From NCBI GenBank assembly GCA_964016885.1, contig OZ024746.1, positions 19,282,001 to 19,346,000 of the forward strand: a stretch of DNA of 64,000 nucleotides. The letters run 5' to 3'. Shown one piece after another: positions 50,972 to 61,881 of this stretch. Within the stretch, counting starts at the first letter, position 1; every line of letters starts with the position of its first letter. The position numbers were made by a program, and so were the translations under genes. The notes under the pieces are model-generated. The model made no database searches. It was not told where the DNA came from and saw nothing but the letters and a program-made list of their open reading frames with translations. The stretch is from Eledone cirrhosa (lineage: Eukaryota).

Positions 50972-53737
50972 TTGTTGTCCTTAAATGCTCGCAGTTTATG
51001 CAACAAGATACATCTGTTCGAATCCTACGTCAGAAGCATCGACCCTGACTTCATCACAGTCACGGAAACATGGGCACATTCCTTACTCTGTGATGGGGTT
51101 TTCACCATTACTGGGTACAACCTTTTCCGCAAGGACCGCATTAACCACCGTGGTGGTGGTGTGATGGTCTACGTTCGTTCAAACTTTTCGGTAATTCCTT
51201 GCGTTGATTTGAACGAATCACAGGAAGAAGTTTTTTTCTGTGACATACGTATGACCATGTCAACACTTCTGCTTGGTGTTGTTTATCGCCCCCCAAACTA
51301 CCATCAGGACACACAGCTTTGCGATATCCTCAGAGTTGCTGCCAAGAAAACAGCCACTTCTGTGTTTATTGCAGGTGACTTCAATCATCCTGAGATCGAT
51401 TGGGAAACCTTTCGTTGGCCACAGGGTGCAAACGATTTCCTTGAACTAGTGCTGGACTCAAACTGGTCACAAGTAGTCACCTCTCCAACAAGAGGTGACA
51501 ACACTTTGGACCTGATCTTCACCACTACTCCTGAAGTGGTTATCAGTTGTACTACTGAGGAACCTCTAGGCGACTCTGATCATGCTATGATCATTGCCAA
51601 TCTGGCACTTGAGGGCAGCAACAAAAACCAGAGCCATCTCCAATCTGCTTGCTTTGATTGGAAGAGGGCGGATTGGAACTTGTACTGCACTGAGCTACAG
51701 CGCCCAAACTGGCATGAGATGTATAACTCTGGAGATGTGAACTCTATACTCCAGAGCATCCTGGACTCAATATGGATAGCGTGTGCAGCATCAGTGCCAC
51801 GGAAGCGGAAAAATAACCACCCCAAAAGTGCAATCTGGGAAACTTCAGCGGTCCGACTTGCCAGGAAAGAACGTCGGAACGCTGAACGGGAATATAAACT
51901 GCATAGATCAGATGCCAACAGAAAAAAGCGGAATAAATCTTCTAACCATCTCAAGCAAGTGACAAAGAAGGCAGTGCTTGAATTTGAACAGTGCATCGCA
52001 ACCAATCCTGACAGTAAGGTGTTCTGGAAATATGTTCATTCAAAGCAGAGACCTCACTCTCCAGTTGGTCCTCTTCGCAATCCCCACACAAGCCAGATCA
52101 CTGACGATTCCAAGGAATGCGCAGAACTCATTGCTGAGTGCTATGCAAGTATTTTTACTGTTGAAAACCAGAATGTACCATCTCCACCATCTCTAACATC
52201 AAATTCCATAACAACTATGGAATTTACACCTGCAATGTTGCAACGTCACCTTAAGAATAAGCGCAACTATGCCTCCCCTGGTCTTGATGGTGTGACATAC
52301 CTGCTTCTCAAACGTGGCGGGGATTTCCTTTTGCGCCAGCTTTCTTTTTTCTTTCAATACTGTCTCAGCAATGGTGCTACTCCGGAGCAGTGGAAAACTG
52401 CCAGTGTCATTCCCCTGTTCAAAAAGGGCAACCGCATGTCACCTGTCAACTATCGTCCAGTCAGTCTTACTAGCTGTATGGCCAAACTGATGGAATCCTG
52501 TGTCAGAGAAACACTTTGGAACTTCTGGAGCTCTCACAGCCTCATCCGGCCCTCACAGTTTGGATTTATCCCTAACTCCAGCTGCTGTGATCAGCTTATC
52601 GAGTTCCTTGAGGACATCACCCGGATCACTGACAGCGGCTCATGGGTGGATGTTGTTTACCTTGACTTTGCTAAGGCTTTTAATTCTGTGCCACACAAAA
52701 GACTTATGGCAAAACTCTCTGCAATGGGTGTGAGGGATGATCTTTTCGACTGGCTGAAATCCTTCATTCTCAGCCGAAAGGAAGTAGTCACGGTTCTAGG
52801 ACAGCATTCTTCACCATATGAGATGTCATCTGGTGTACCACAGGGATCTGTTCTTAGTCCTCTTTTGTTTGTGGCATATATTAACGACATAGATGCCAAC
52901 TTACAGAATGCCACGGTACTAAAATATGCAGATGACATCAAGCTGTACCTTGAAATCAAAAGGACTGATCCTGAAATTTACAACTCTTTCCTACAATCAG
53001 ACCTGGACACAATGCAGCAATGGATCACAGACTGGCAACTGAAGCTGGCTGTGGACAAGTGTACCACCATGCATTTTGGAAGGAAAAATCCAGCGTCCAC
53101 ATACTCCCTCCACAACACTGACATCAAAAAGTCCTCTTGTGAACGTGACCTGGGCATTACTGTCAGCAACGATTTGCGTTGGACAAAGCATGTCTCTAAG
53201 ATTGTCAAGAAGGCCGAGGGTGTCTTGGCATCACTCAGCAAGACCTTTGTTAGCCGCTCTCCAGCCATCTATTTAAAACTGTATACAGCTATGGTGCGAC
53301 CACACTTGGAATTCGCATCATCAGTCTGGAACCCCTATCTTGCTCGGAACATTGACCTCCTGGAAACTGTTCAGAGACGTGCAACCAAGCGCATACCCTC
53401 CATCAGACACCTACCATACTCTGAACGCCTTGCTTCCCTAGGCATGGATTCATTGAAGCTCCGACGTCTGGCAATGGACTTGGTGAATACCCACAAAGTT
53501 TTTAACCATCTCGCCAACTGCAACCCTGAGCGCCTCTTTGATCTCCATGTGTCTAACACACGTGGACATGCCTACAAGATAAGAAAACAGCACAGCTCCC
53601 ATGACTTTCGCAGACATTTTTTCACGCTCAGAGTTGCTGAGGCATGGAACAAACTGTCTGCGTCAATTGTTAGCTGCCGAGACACTGCATCCTTTAAGAC
53701 ACTCATGCTTCCCGAAATACGCCAAAACTACACCTGA
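50972..53737 (+). CDS. LINE ORF2, endonuclease-reverse transcriptase, 921 aa, no stops or frameshifts, no initiating ATG
   Basis: ORF track plus motifs above. Frame is open from 50864 and the first ATG lies inside the EN domain. Confidence 0.93.
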   Translation: MLSLNARSLCNKIHLFESYVRSIDPDFITVTETWAHSLLCDGVFTITGYNLFRKDRINHRGGGVMVYVRSNFSVIPCVDLNESQEEVFFCDIRMTMSTLLLGVVYRPPNYHQDTQLCDILRVAAKKTATSVFIAGDFNHPEIDWETFRWPQGANDFLELVLDSNWSQVVTSPTRGDNTLDLIFTTTPEVVISCTTEEPLGDSDHAMIIANLALEGSNKNQSHLQSACFDWKRADWNLYCTELQRPNWHEMYNSGDVNSILQSILDSIWIACAASVPRKRKNNHPKSAIWETSAVRLARKERRNAEREYKLHRSDANRKKRNKSSNHLKQVTKKAVLEFEQCIATNPDSKVFWKYVHSKQRPHSPVGPLRNPHTSQITDDSKECAELIAECYASIFTVENQNVPSPPSLTSNSITTMEFTPAMLQRHLKNKRNYASPGLDGVTYLLLKRGGDFLLRQLSFFFQYCLSNGATPEQWKTASVIPLFKKGNRMSPVNYRPVSLTSCMAKLMESCVRETLWNFWSSHSLIRPSQFGFIPNSSCCDQLIEFLEDITRITDSGSWVDVVYLDFAKAFNSVPHKRLMAKLSAMGVRDDLFDWLKSFILSRKEVVTVLGQHSSPYEMSSGVPQGSVLSPLLFVAYINDIDANLQNATVLKYADDIKLYLEIKRTDPEIYNSFLQSDLDTMQQWITDWQLKLAVDKCTTMHFGRKNPASTYSLHNTDIKKSSCERDLGITVSNDLRWTKHVSKIVKKAEGVLASLSKTFVSRSPAIYLKLYTAMVRPHLEFASSVWNPYLARNIDLLETVQRRATKRIPSIRHLPYSERLASLGMDSLKLRRLAMDLVNTHKVFNHLANCNPERLFDLHVSNTRGHAYKIRKQHSSHDFRRHFFTLRVAEAWNKLSASIVSCRDTASFKTLMLPEIRQNYT

Positions 53738-53901
53738 TGTGCCCCTTCCATACACATGCACACATGTGTGTATCATGACTCGTGCACTGTTCATTTTACT
53801 GATGATTGTGCATTGCCCTATGTACTGTACATGCACTTTTTTGATGGGTTGTGGTGCACCTGGGCACTGTGCACAATATTTCATTATTGTTATTGTTATT
53901 A

Positions 53902-54027
53902 TATCATGACTCATACACTGTTTATTTTCCTGACATTTGTACATTATTCTATGTACTATACATGCACCTTTGATGAGTTGTAGTGCACCTGAGCACTGTA
54001 CACAATAATTTCATTATTATTATTATT
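53902..54027 (+). mobile_element. Second LINE 3'-UTR segment of the older subfamily type, directly behind the intact copy
   Basis: Near-identical to 39168-39290 and ends in (ATT)n. Confidence 0.85.
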
Positions 54028-54124
54028 AAAAGGAAAAAAAAAAACCCTGCCCAATGTGTCCATGTGATAGACTTTAGACTTTTTAGATTGTCAGATGTCT
54101 CTGAAATTTAAAAGTCTAAAGTCT

Positions 54125-54387
54125 GTCTCAAGCATCAGGCGTGTTCTTATCCCAATTCCGAGATGCTAAACGACTGAGAGTAGAAGACTCCCAACCCCCT
54201 GGATAGGACACCAGTCCATTGCAGGGTTAAACCCCAGCTATTGCTGCTGGTTCTCATTTTCAGCTGAGTATACTGGAGCAATATAAAATGAAAGTATTTT
54301 GTTCAAGAACACAACACACAACCCAGTCCAGGAATCAAACCCAGGACACTATGATCATAAGTCCAACACCCTTACCACTAGGCCACT
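54125..54387 (-). mobile_element. Second tRNA-derived SINE family. Other copies ~1090-1352, 5490-5610, 6590-6820, 57565-57762 (-) and 56680-57035 (+)
   Basis: Minus-strand head GTGGCCTAGTGGT..GG...GGGTTTGATTCC followed by tgtgttcttgaacaaaa. Confidence 0.8.
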
Positions 54388-55377
54388 AATAATAATCTTA
54401 CAGGTTCCCTCTCCCTTTGGAATAAGTATTTGAGAACTCTGTCTCCGTGACCAACCCCAAAAAAAGAAGAAGAAGAAGAAGTAAGAGGAGGGGAGGAGGA
54501 GGGGGAAGAATAAGAAGAGGGGGGGGGGGGAGAAGAAGAAGAAGAAGGTATCATTTGAAAGAGATTTGAGTTTTCATTTAGATGATCCTTCATTGGCTAC
54601 AGATATTTAGTGATAAATGTGATCTTGTGATCTGGTAGGACCAAAAAAGGCTCCAAATATATCCTGTTCACTTAGCTACTTAACAACTAGTGGTTAAGTA
54701 ACTGATCTGGAGAGGACGCCAGTGGTCATCTTTACTTAGTCATTTAAACTATTTGTATTTCTACGTGTATTGGATATATGTGAAGTAGTTGAAAACAGCT
54801 GGTGACGTAGGTCTTTGTTCTTACATAATATCTCCTATTAATAAATATTTTAACGAACAAAAGAAAAATAAACCTATAGCAATTAAGTTGAATGACTTTG
54901 CCATAGGCTTATGTTGTTCTCATTAGCGACTTTTCTTATTTTTATTGATCGTAAACAAAATATTTCATTTTGAACAAAATCAAATATCCTATCAATGAAA
55001 TTATTACCCTAGATACTATTTGTTTTTTTTTTATAGGTGATTGTTTTGTTTGTTTATATAAAAGTTTGAAACTGTTAAAGAAGGAGGACATCGTATTTTC
55101 TTTCGATTTTATTTAATTTCTGTTTATGTCTACAAATGTCGTCTGCCAATGGTAGGAGGAGGAGTCACTTCCTGTTTGACTTGACCTTCTTTATTTAAAA
55201 TATAAAAATGTTCCTCAAACAATGTAAAATGATGTCTAATATTATGATTAAAGATATTTAATATATGAAAGTATTTTTAAAATAGAGAGAGTTTTTGCTG
55301 TGGTTTTTAAAATATTTTAAACTTTTCTCAATAAATATCCTATCAGTAACGTTTTGTCTTAGTGTGACGGACTATGC

Positions 55378-55389
55378 CAAGATGGCGGG
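55378..55389 (+). promoter_or_regulatory. YY1-like motif CAAGATGGCGG overlapping the muskelin ATG; ETS-like CACTTCCTGT at ~55166
   Basis: Motif match only. Typical of housekeeping promoters. Confidence 0.4.
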
Positions 55390-55455
55390 TGAAAGCCACG
55401 TTTTGAAATACACTGTATATAAATGGTCAAGTTACTCCTCAAACTACGTCCCCGA
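55382..55455 (+). CDS. MKLN1: Muskelin coding exon 1 (MAGESHVLKYTVYKWSSYSSNYVP)
   Basis: Matches muskelin N-terminus KWSSFSSTYLPE. ATG in AAGATGG context, donor GA|GTGAGT. Confidence 0.9.
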
Positions 55456-56388
55456 GTGAGTAAAATGAATTTTTTACTTGTACAGGAGGCTTTAAATATA
55501 TCATTACGAAAACAACATCCTTTTATATATTTATTCTTTGCTCATAGAGGCGGTATATAGTACTGCTACCCTCGTACAAAAACTGTTATTTTGAAGTTTT
55601 ATTTCGTCCTCAGACATAATTACACCAAAAATAATAGTGCTAAATTAATTAAAGTTTTTTTATTAAGTAGTTTTAGGCACTTTATATTAATAATAATAAT
55701 TTAAGTGTATTTTAGCGACGCTATCTTTTATTTTAGAAGCTTTAAATGATGTGTTTTCAAGAAGCTTCTCTCCCATGCGTTCTCTGGCACCTCTGTTTAT
55801 TTACCTTGGTTTATTTCAACTGTATCAACTGATTATCTTTTTTCGTGATGTTTATTTTCGTCGCATTTTTCTTAAATATCTAATAAATGAATCATTTCTT
55901 CACTTATATCTACTTTCTAAGTATACTAAACATTTCATCGATTATTCTGACTTCAAATTTTAACTGGAATAGTTATCTGAAATGTTTCCAATATTCTGTA
56001 AATTCTACACCCTTACATGGTTGTCTTGGATAGTTGTCATTAATTAGATACTAAGCTCATCTAGAGTATCGTTTATTTTCATCCTGACCTGTATTTTTGT
56101 TTTTTTAAATTGTACTTAGCAATATTTTACCTTCCACTCAATCTTTTAACTATTACATATATATATATGTATGTATTTGTATGTATGTAAATATATGTAT
56201 GTATGTATTTGTATATGTATATATATATATATTAGGAGTGTATATAAAATCATATACTATATGTTTATACACAATAAATATGAGAGTCTCACGATCAAAG
56301 AAAAAAAAAGATTTTTTTAGAAATGAAAAAAATTATTTTTCTCACTTTGGCTCTGTGAACATGTCATAGATATGTCAGTAGCAGTCGA

Positions 56389-56441
56389 GAATGCCAAACA
56401 GTGCTGTTTCAAGATTCATTAATCTCTCATCAGTGACATTC
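56389..56441 (-). ncRNA. Type I hammerhead ribozyme motif, antisense in muskelin intron 1
   Basis: Minus strand: gaatgtca-CTGATGA-gagatt aatg aatctt-GAAA-cagcactg-TT-tggcattc. All three stems pair, with an extra outer stem atgtcagta/tactgacat. Confidence 0.85.
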
Positions 56442-57817
56442 ACCCAATGAGTACTGACATGAAAATAGACTTGAGTCTATATAGATTTTACGTGATGAAT
56501 ATTTGCATATAGCAAATAGAAAACATCAGCTGGAAATACTAATCTCCATCTCAATTGTGTAATCTCGATGAGATCGTTTTTACACTTCATGTTCACAAAA
56601 CGTTTCTAATTCTTCCTGTCCAGAGCAATCCTTTCCAGTGTGAGCAGCGGTATTCCTCTTGAATTTGATCCTTTCATCTCTTGGGACTTACAATCATAAT
56701 GTTGTGAGTTTGATTCCTGGACCGGATTGTATGTTGTGGTTTTGGGCAAAATACTTCCTTTTACATTGTTCCGGTATACTTAGCTGAAAATGGGTACCAG
56801 TAATAGCTGGGGTTAATCCTGCGATGAACTGGTGTCCTGTCTTGTACTTTTAGTCACTTCGTGCCATGGAAACTAGGTTAAGCACCAGCCTGGTCAGCCC
56901 CGGACTCAAGACACTTTAATATTGTGATGAACTGGTGTCCTATCCAGCGGAAGTCTTTTACTCTCAGTAGCTTCATGCTACAGAAACTGGAATAAGCACT
57001 GGCCTGGTGATCCTCCAGGCATGAGACAGGCTTTAAACTTTTAGATCTCTTGCAAAATCTATCCTGTGGCCTTTTCTAAGGAAATTTAATTCTATAAGAC
57101 TTTCTAGCATAGCTATCTTCTCCATTTCTGATGGAATGCACAAACCAGTTTAACCTTCTTTTTATTAGAGTGATTTCACTCTGAACTTTCTTCAGATATC
57201 AGTCATTCTGACTCAACCCCTTGCCTTACATTTGTAAGGCAGTTGTTTTCAAAGACAGTAAGTTTTTTGCTGTTCTTCTGTTTTCAAAGGCCATGTTTCA
57301 CAGGAATAGATTACTATGGAGATTATAAGAGCATAATGCCACCTGGTTTTAATGTTACAAGGGATATCTTTTCTGTTCCCTTTTTTTCCCTTTAACATTT
57401 CAAAAGCAGTTGAACCTAATGCAATTCTTCAGATATTAATGATCCAACTGATCCTAGTAAGACAAAGTTTTCGACATACTCTACCATTTCCCTATCAATC
57501 AGTACAGCATCATTTTCATTTGTCATTACATTGCATTTTGAGTTAATGTTTTTTCATTGGCATTAAGTGACTAAAAGTATAAGACCCGTCTTGGACAGGG
57601 TGCCAGTCCTTCAGTACTGCTAGTGCTCATTTTCAGCTGAGTGTACTGGGGCTACGTGAAATGAATTGTTTTGCACAAGAACACAGCATGCCATTTAGCC
57701 CATGAATTGAACCTACAACATTGTGATCATAAGTCCAAAATCTTAGCGACTTGGTCACGTGCTTTCACTCTCACTCTCTCTATGTATCTGTGTATATATG
57801 TATATTATATATATATT

Positions 57818-58792
57818 ATCATCATCATCATCATCATTTCATGGCTGCTGTTCCATACTTGTATAGGTTGGATGGGTGTTTTACAGCACTGCATCTCTCC
57901 ACTTATTGTGTTCTTTCATCTCTTCAGTGTGCTTCAGCAATCTGAGATCAGTTCTCACCACCTCCAACCAGGTCTTCTATGGCTTCCTTTAACTGGAAGT
58001 TTTTGGCACTTCTTCACTTAGTGATCATTGTCTCTGCACATCATGTGTCCATACCAGTACAGTCTTCTCTCTTGCACACTACATCTGATTCCATTTATAC
58101 CCAATTTTTCTCTCAGTCCATCCATGCACATTATCATTGCACATCGAGTGAAACATGCTGTTTCATTTCTCCCCAGCCTTTGCATATCCTCTGCATTTAC
58201 TGCCCATGTCTCACTACTATGCAGCATCACACCTTGCATATAGGCATCATACAGTCAACCTTTCATTCGTAGAGAGAAAGCTTTTGTTGTCAACAGAGGT
58301 AGTAGCGCCCTAAAATTTTTCCATTCTATCCTTATTCTAACTACCATGCTTTCAGAATACCCTCCTCCACTGCTAATTATATCACCTATGTAGCAGAAGT
58401 CATCAACCACTTCTATGGATCTTTCCTGGAATTGGAAAAGGTTTATATCACTGACGCTCTTACTATCAATTGTCTCTAAGTATCTACTACATATAAAATC
58501 TCCTTTTCCTGCATCCCATTACACATCTTGTGTACCCAAGATTTACATTCTGTCCATTGTATAGAGTTTATGCTTACTTCTTTTCTTTATATCAGCTCGG
58601 CCACTTCTCTGATGGGATCAGGGTCTTGTCTTCTTTCCTACTTATTAACACTTTGGTTTTTGTTAATTTTACTCTCAGCCCTTTTGATTCTAAGTTCCTT
58701 TTCCTCTGCCAGAATGTATTCTTTAGTTCTTCCACAGATTCAGCTCTGAGGACCAGATCATCAGCATACAGAAGTTCCTAAGGACAGCCAGT
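57818..58792 (-). mobile_element. Decayed RTE-clade LINE fragment
   Basis: ELLYADDLVL near 58770, MLHSSETWA, RRLYWYGHMM and a (GAT)n tail. Confidence 0.8.
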
Positions 58793-58973
58793 CACTCATG
58801 TCACCCCCTGTTATAGTCCCTACATCCCATATCCCCTCTTCCTCCTGTCACAGTCCCTACATTCTATGCCCACCCCCCGCACCCTGTTTCCTGAGGAAAG
58901 ACTGACTTAATTATGATTGATCTTAGTATTATGATTAAAAAGAAAGAACTTCTCACAAAGAAACCTATAAACT

Positions 58974-59268
58974 ATCCAATCCAGGGCCTTCTCACTCCTG
59001 TTGGAGGAATACCTCCCTGGTTGATCTCCATCCAATCCAGGGCCTTCTCACTCCTGTTGGAGGAATACCTCCCTGGTTGACCTCCATCCAATCCAGAGCC
59101 TTCTCACTCCTGTTGGAGGAGCCCCTCCCTGGTTGACCTCCATCAAATCCAATCCAGGGTCTTCTCACTCTTGTTGGAGGAATACCTCCTTGGTTGATTT
59201 CCATCAAATCCAATCCAATCCAGGGCCTTCTCACTCTTGTTGGAGGAACCCTCACTGGTTGACCTCCA
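58974..59268. repeat. Minisatellite, 5 x 54-64 bp, with an inverted monomer at ~63619-63670
   Basis: tccaatccagggccttctcactcctgttggaggaatacctccctggttga units. Confidence 0.92.
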
Positions 59269-59764
59269 CTCTTTCTATTTGTCTTTTGTCATGTCAGGGG
59301 TGTAGCCATATTCGCCACATCAGTCTGCCAAAAGTATTAAACCATGAAAAAAACAATAAAATCACATTTAAATAAATACTAAAATAAACAGTATAAAGTA
59401 ATGTAGTGTATTATAATGTATTAGTGGTTTATAGGGGGGTTAATTTGACATTGGTCATTTTTCAACTAAAGTTTTGACTTCTGGGACCAATTGACCACAT
59501 AGGGTGAGGTATACTGTAAACCCATATGCCAGTAATAAAATATTTAAAATTATGTTATCCTAAAAGATCATCATCATTGTTTAATGGCCATTTTCCATGC
59601 TAGCATAGGTCAGATGAGCTGTCTCGTTGTGAAACAAGCCATGTTGGAGGACCATGTTTTATTCACACAGAACTGATTTTGGCTTGGTTTCTACAGTTAG
59701 ATGCCCTTCCTAATGCCAGCCACATTTGTAGTGTGTACTGGGTGCTTTTTTTCATGATACCTAC

Positions 59765-61040
59765 ATGACCACTTTACTGTGGACACCAATCTGCATGATA
59801 AATTCTTCACTATAGTCATTGTTAATGCTAACCTTGCTGACTGTTCCTCTATACATGTCTTGTACTGCCTTCATATGCCACTCATCTACTCCTAGTTTTC
59901 TAAGAGCCCACCAGATAATGGAACGGGCGACTCTGTCAAAAGCTTTGTTTAGGTCCACAAAAGCCAAGTAGAGGGGTTTACCTTTAGCTAGGTATTTTTC
60001 GTGCAGTTGCCTCACAAGGAAAAGAGCATATGTGGTACTTTTACCTGGCACAAATCCAAACTACAACTCATCTAGGTTAACTTGATCTCTAATCAGCTGT
60101 GCTATAACTCTTTCTGTGACCTTCATAACTTGGTCAACCAACTTAATGCCTCTATAGTTTTCTCAATCTAGAGTATCTCTTTTGCCCTTGTTGTTTACGA
60201 TGCTGCTACTATGCTAGTCATTGGGTATGACCTCATTTTGTATTACTTGGTTTACAATGCAGGTGACTATGGTGTGACCCACCATTCCTGATGCTTTCAG
60301 CATCTCTGCAACTATCCCTGAAGGTCCAGCTGCCTTGCCTATCTTCATATCCTTGATTGCCTTACTTACTATACTATTGCTGACTTGTACAGCCAGTCCC
60401 TCTGTTGGATCAACTTGGTGTAAACAATTTTCTTCCCATGCATTCTCCTCATTCAGTAATCTTTCATAGTGGCACTTCCATGCTTCCTTCTTTTCAGCGT
60501 CAGTGAGGGTAAGTTCACCATTATCATCTCAGACACACTTCTCCCTACCAACATCACAATTTTTCCTGCCTTGCGATCTTGAACACCTCACGCCTTTGGT
60601 CCTCACACGACAAAACATGCTTAAATTGTCTCATCTACCTTACTATTCCACCACAAGTCACTCTCCTTCTCCCTAGAAACCTACTGCAACCATAGATTTC
60701 ATTTGTCATCTTCAGGAGGTTATGTTTCAGGAACTCACACTGCTCCTCTATATCATATGTCTCTATTTGTCCTTCCTTACTGTCGAAAGAATCAATCAAC
60801 ATACCTCTAAATTTGATACTGGTTGATAGGTCTTTTAACTTCCATATTCTTCTCCTCCAGGTTCTCTTCTGTTGCCAGGTTCTTCTAGCTCTAACTATCA
60901 GATCACTAACTACTAAGTTATGTTGGCAGGTGCATTCTTCACCAGGGAGGGACTTTGTGGTCACATCTGTCACTCTGTCTCATCTTCTGGTAAGAAAATA
61001 AAATCTATGTGACTCGTGTGCTCACTTGATCTATAGGTGA
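59765..61040 (-). mobile_element. Decayed RTE-clade LINE EN/RT fragment
   Basis: FGFVPGKSTTYALFLVRQLHEKY...AFVDLNKAFDRV and QHNLVVSD remnants. Confidence 0.85.
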
Positions 61041-61319
61041 TTAACTATGTAGTTGTCTTGTTTTTTTGAAGTTCCTGCTTATATTCATATGTGAAGTGAG
61101 TGGATGAGGCATGCAGGAGTCTGAGAAAAGGAGGTAGGGTTTTTTGTTTTTCTCTAAAACAATCTAAGGGAGGTAGAAGCAAAATAAAATGAGAAGACAT
61201 GGTGAAAGAGAAACGAAAAATGTTGTTTGGAGGGAAACAAGTTGTTTGACCTGAGAAGTAATGTATATATTGGGCATAGTTGGAGAGAAAAAGAGATTAC
61301 ATTATGTTTGATGAATGAA

Positions 61320-61504
61320 GGGCGGTGGATTGGCAGTATCAGTAGAGGGTCGGATGCCATGCTTTCCAGCATAGTTATGTCCCTTTATGGTCTGAGTTCA
61401 AATCCTGCCGAGGTTAACTTTGCCTTTCATCCTTACGGGGTCGATAAAATAAAGGACCGGTAATGCACTGGGTAATTGCTGGCCTTGTGCCAAATGTAGA
61501 AACA
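61320..61504 (+). mobile_element. SINE family A with 19-bp TSD attatgtttgatgaatgaa
   Basis: TSD at 61301-61319 and 61505-61523. Confidence 0.95.
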
Positions 61505-61572
61505 ATTATGTTTGATGAATGAACGACTTTCTTGTGCTTAAGTTTATATATTATATAATTTTATTTTCCCAG

Positions 61573-61642
61573 AAACATCTACTATGACCGTCCACAAGAG
61601 CAATCATCAAGGTGGTCATCTGATTCTAACAATTCTCCACAG
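61573..61642 (+). CDS. MKLN1: Muskelin exon 2 (NIYYDRPQEQSSRWSSDSNNSPQ)
   Basis: QSSRWSS motif of the discoidin-like domain. Acceptor ttttcccag, phase 2 to 0. Confidence 0.92.
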
Positions 61643-61881
61643 GTTGTTCTTTTTCTTATATTTCTCTATTTTTTTAACCAGTAAATTCTTTAAAATATTT
61701 GTTCAATTACTACTTATATTTATATCATCCTTCATTTCTTTTTTATTTTATGTCTGAATTTAATTTCAGACAATCCTGTTGTTAGATTTGTAACCAAAGT
61801 TTTACTCTTAATTTATTGAAATAATCAAAACTGTTTGATTCTCATAGTTAAAATTTTTACAAATCAAAGTTCTTGTAAGAG

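Larger units (their letters stand above)
50391..53900 (+). mobile_element. CR1-group non-LTR retrotransposon (LINE), young copy: ORF1 3' part, intact ORF2 and 3' UTR with (ATT)n tail
   Basis: APE endonuclease motifs (LNARS, VTETW, GDFN, SDH) and RT motifs (YRPVSL, QFGF, LDFAKAF, GVPQGS, YADD). CR1-type C-terminus VRPHLEF...RGH...FFTLRV...WNKL. Confidence 0.95.

Noticed and set aside
51580-53559. Antisense and alternate-frame ORFs shared by both LINE copies
   Set aside because: Shadows of ORF2, shared only because the copies are near-identical.
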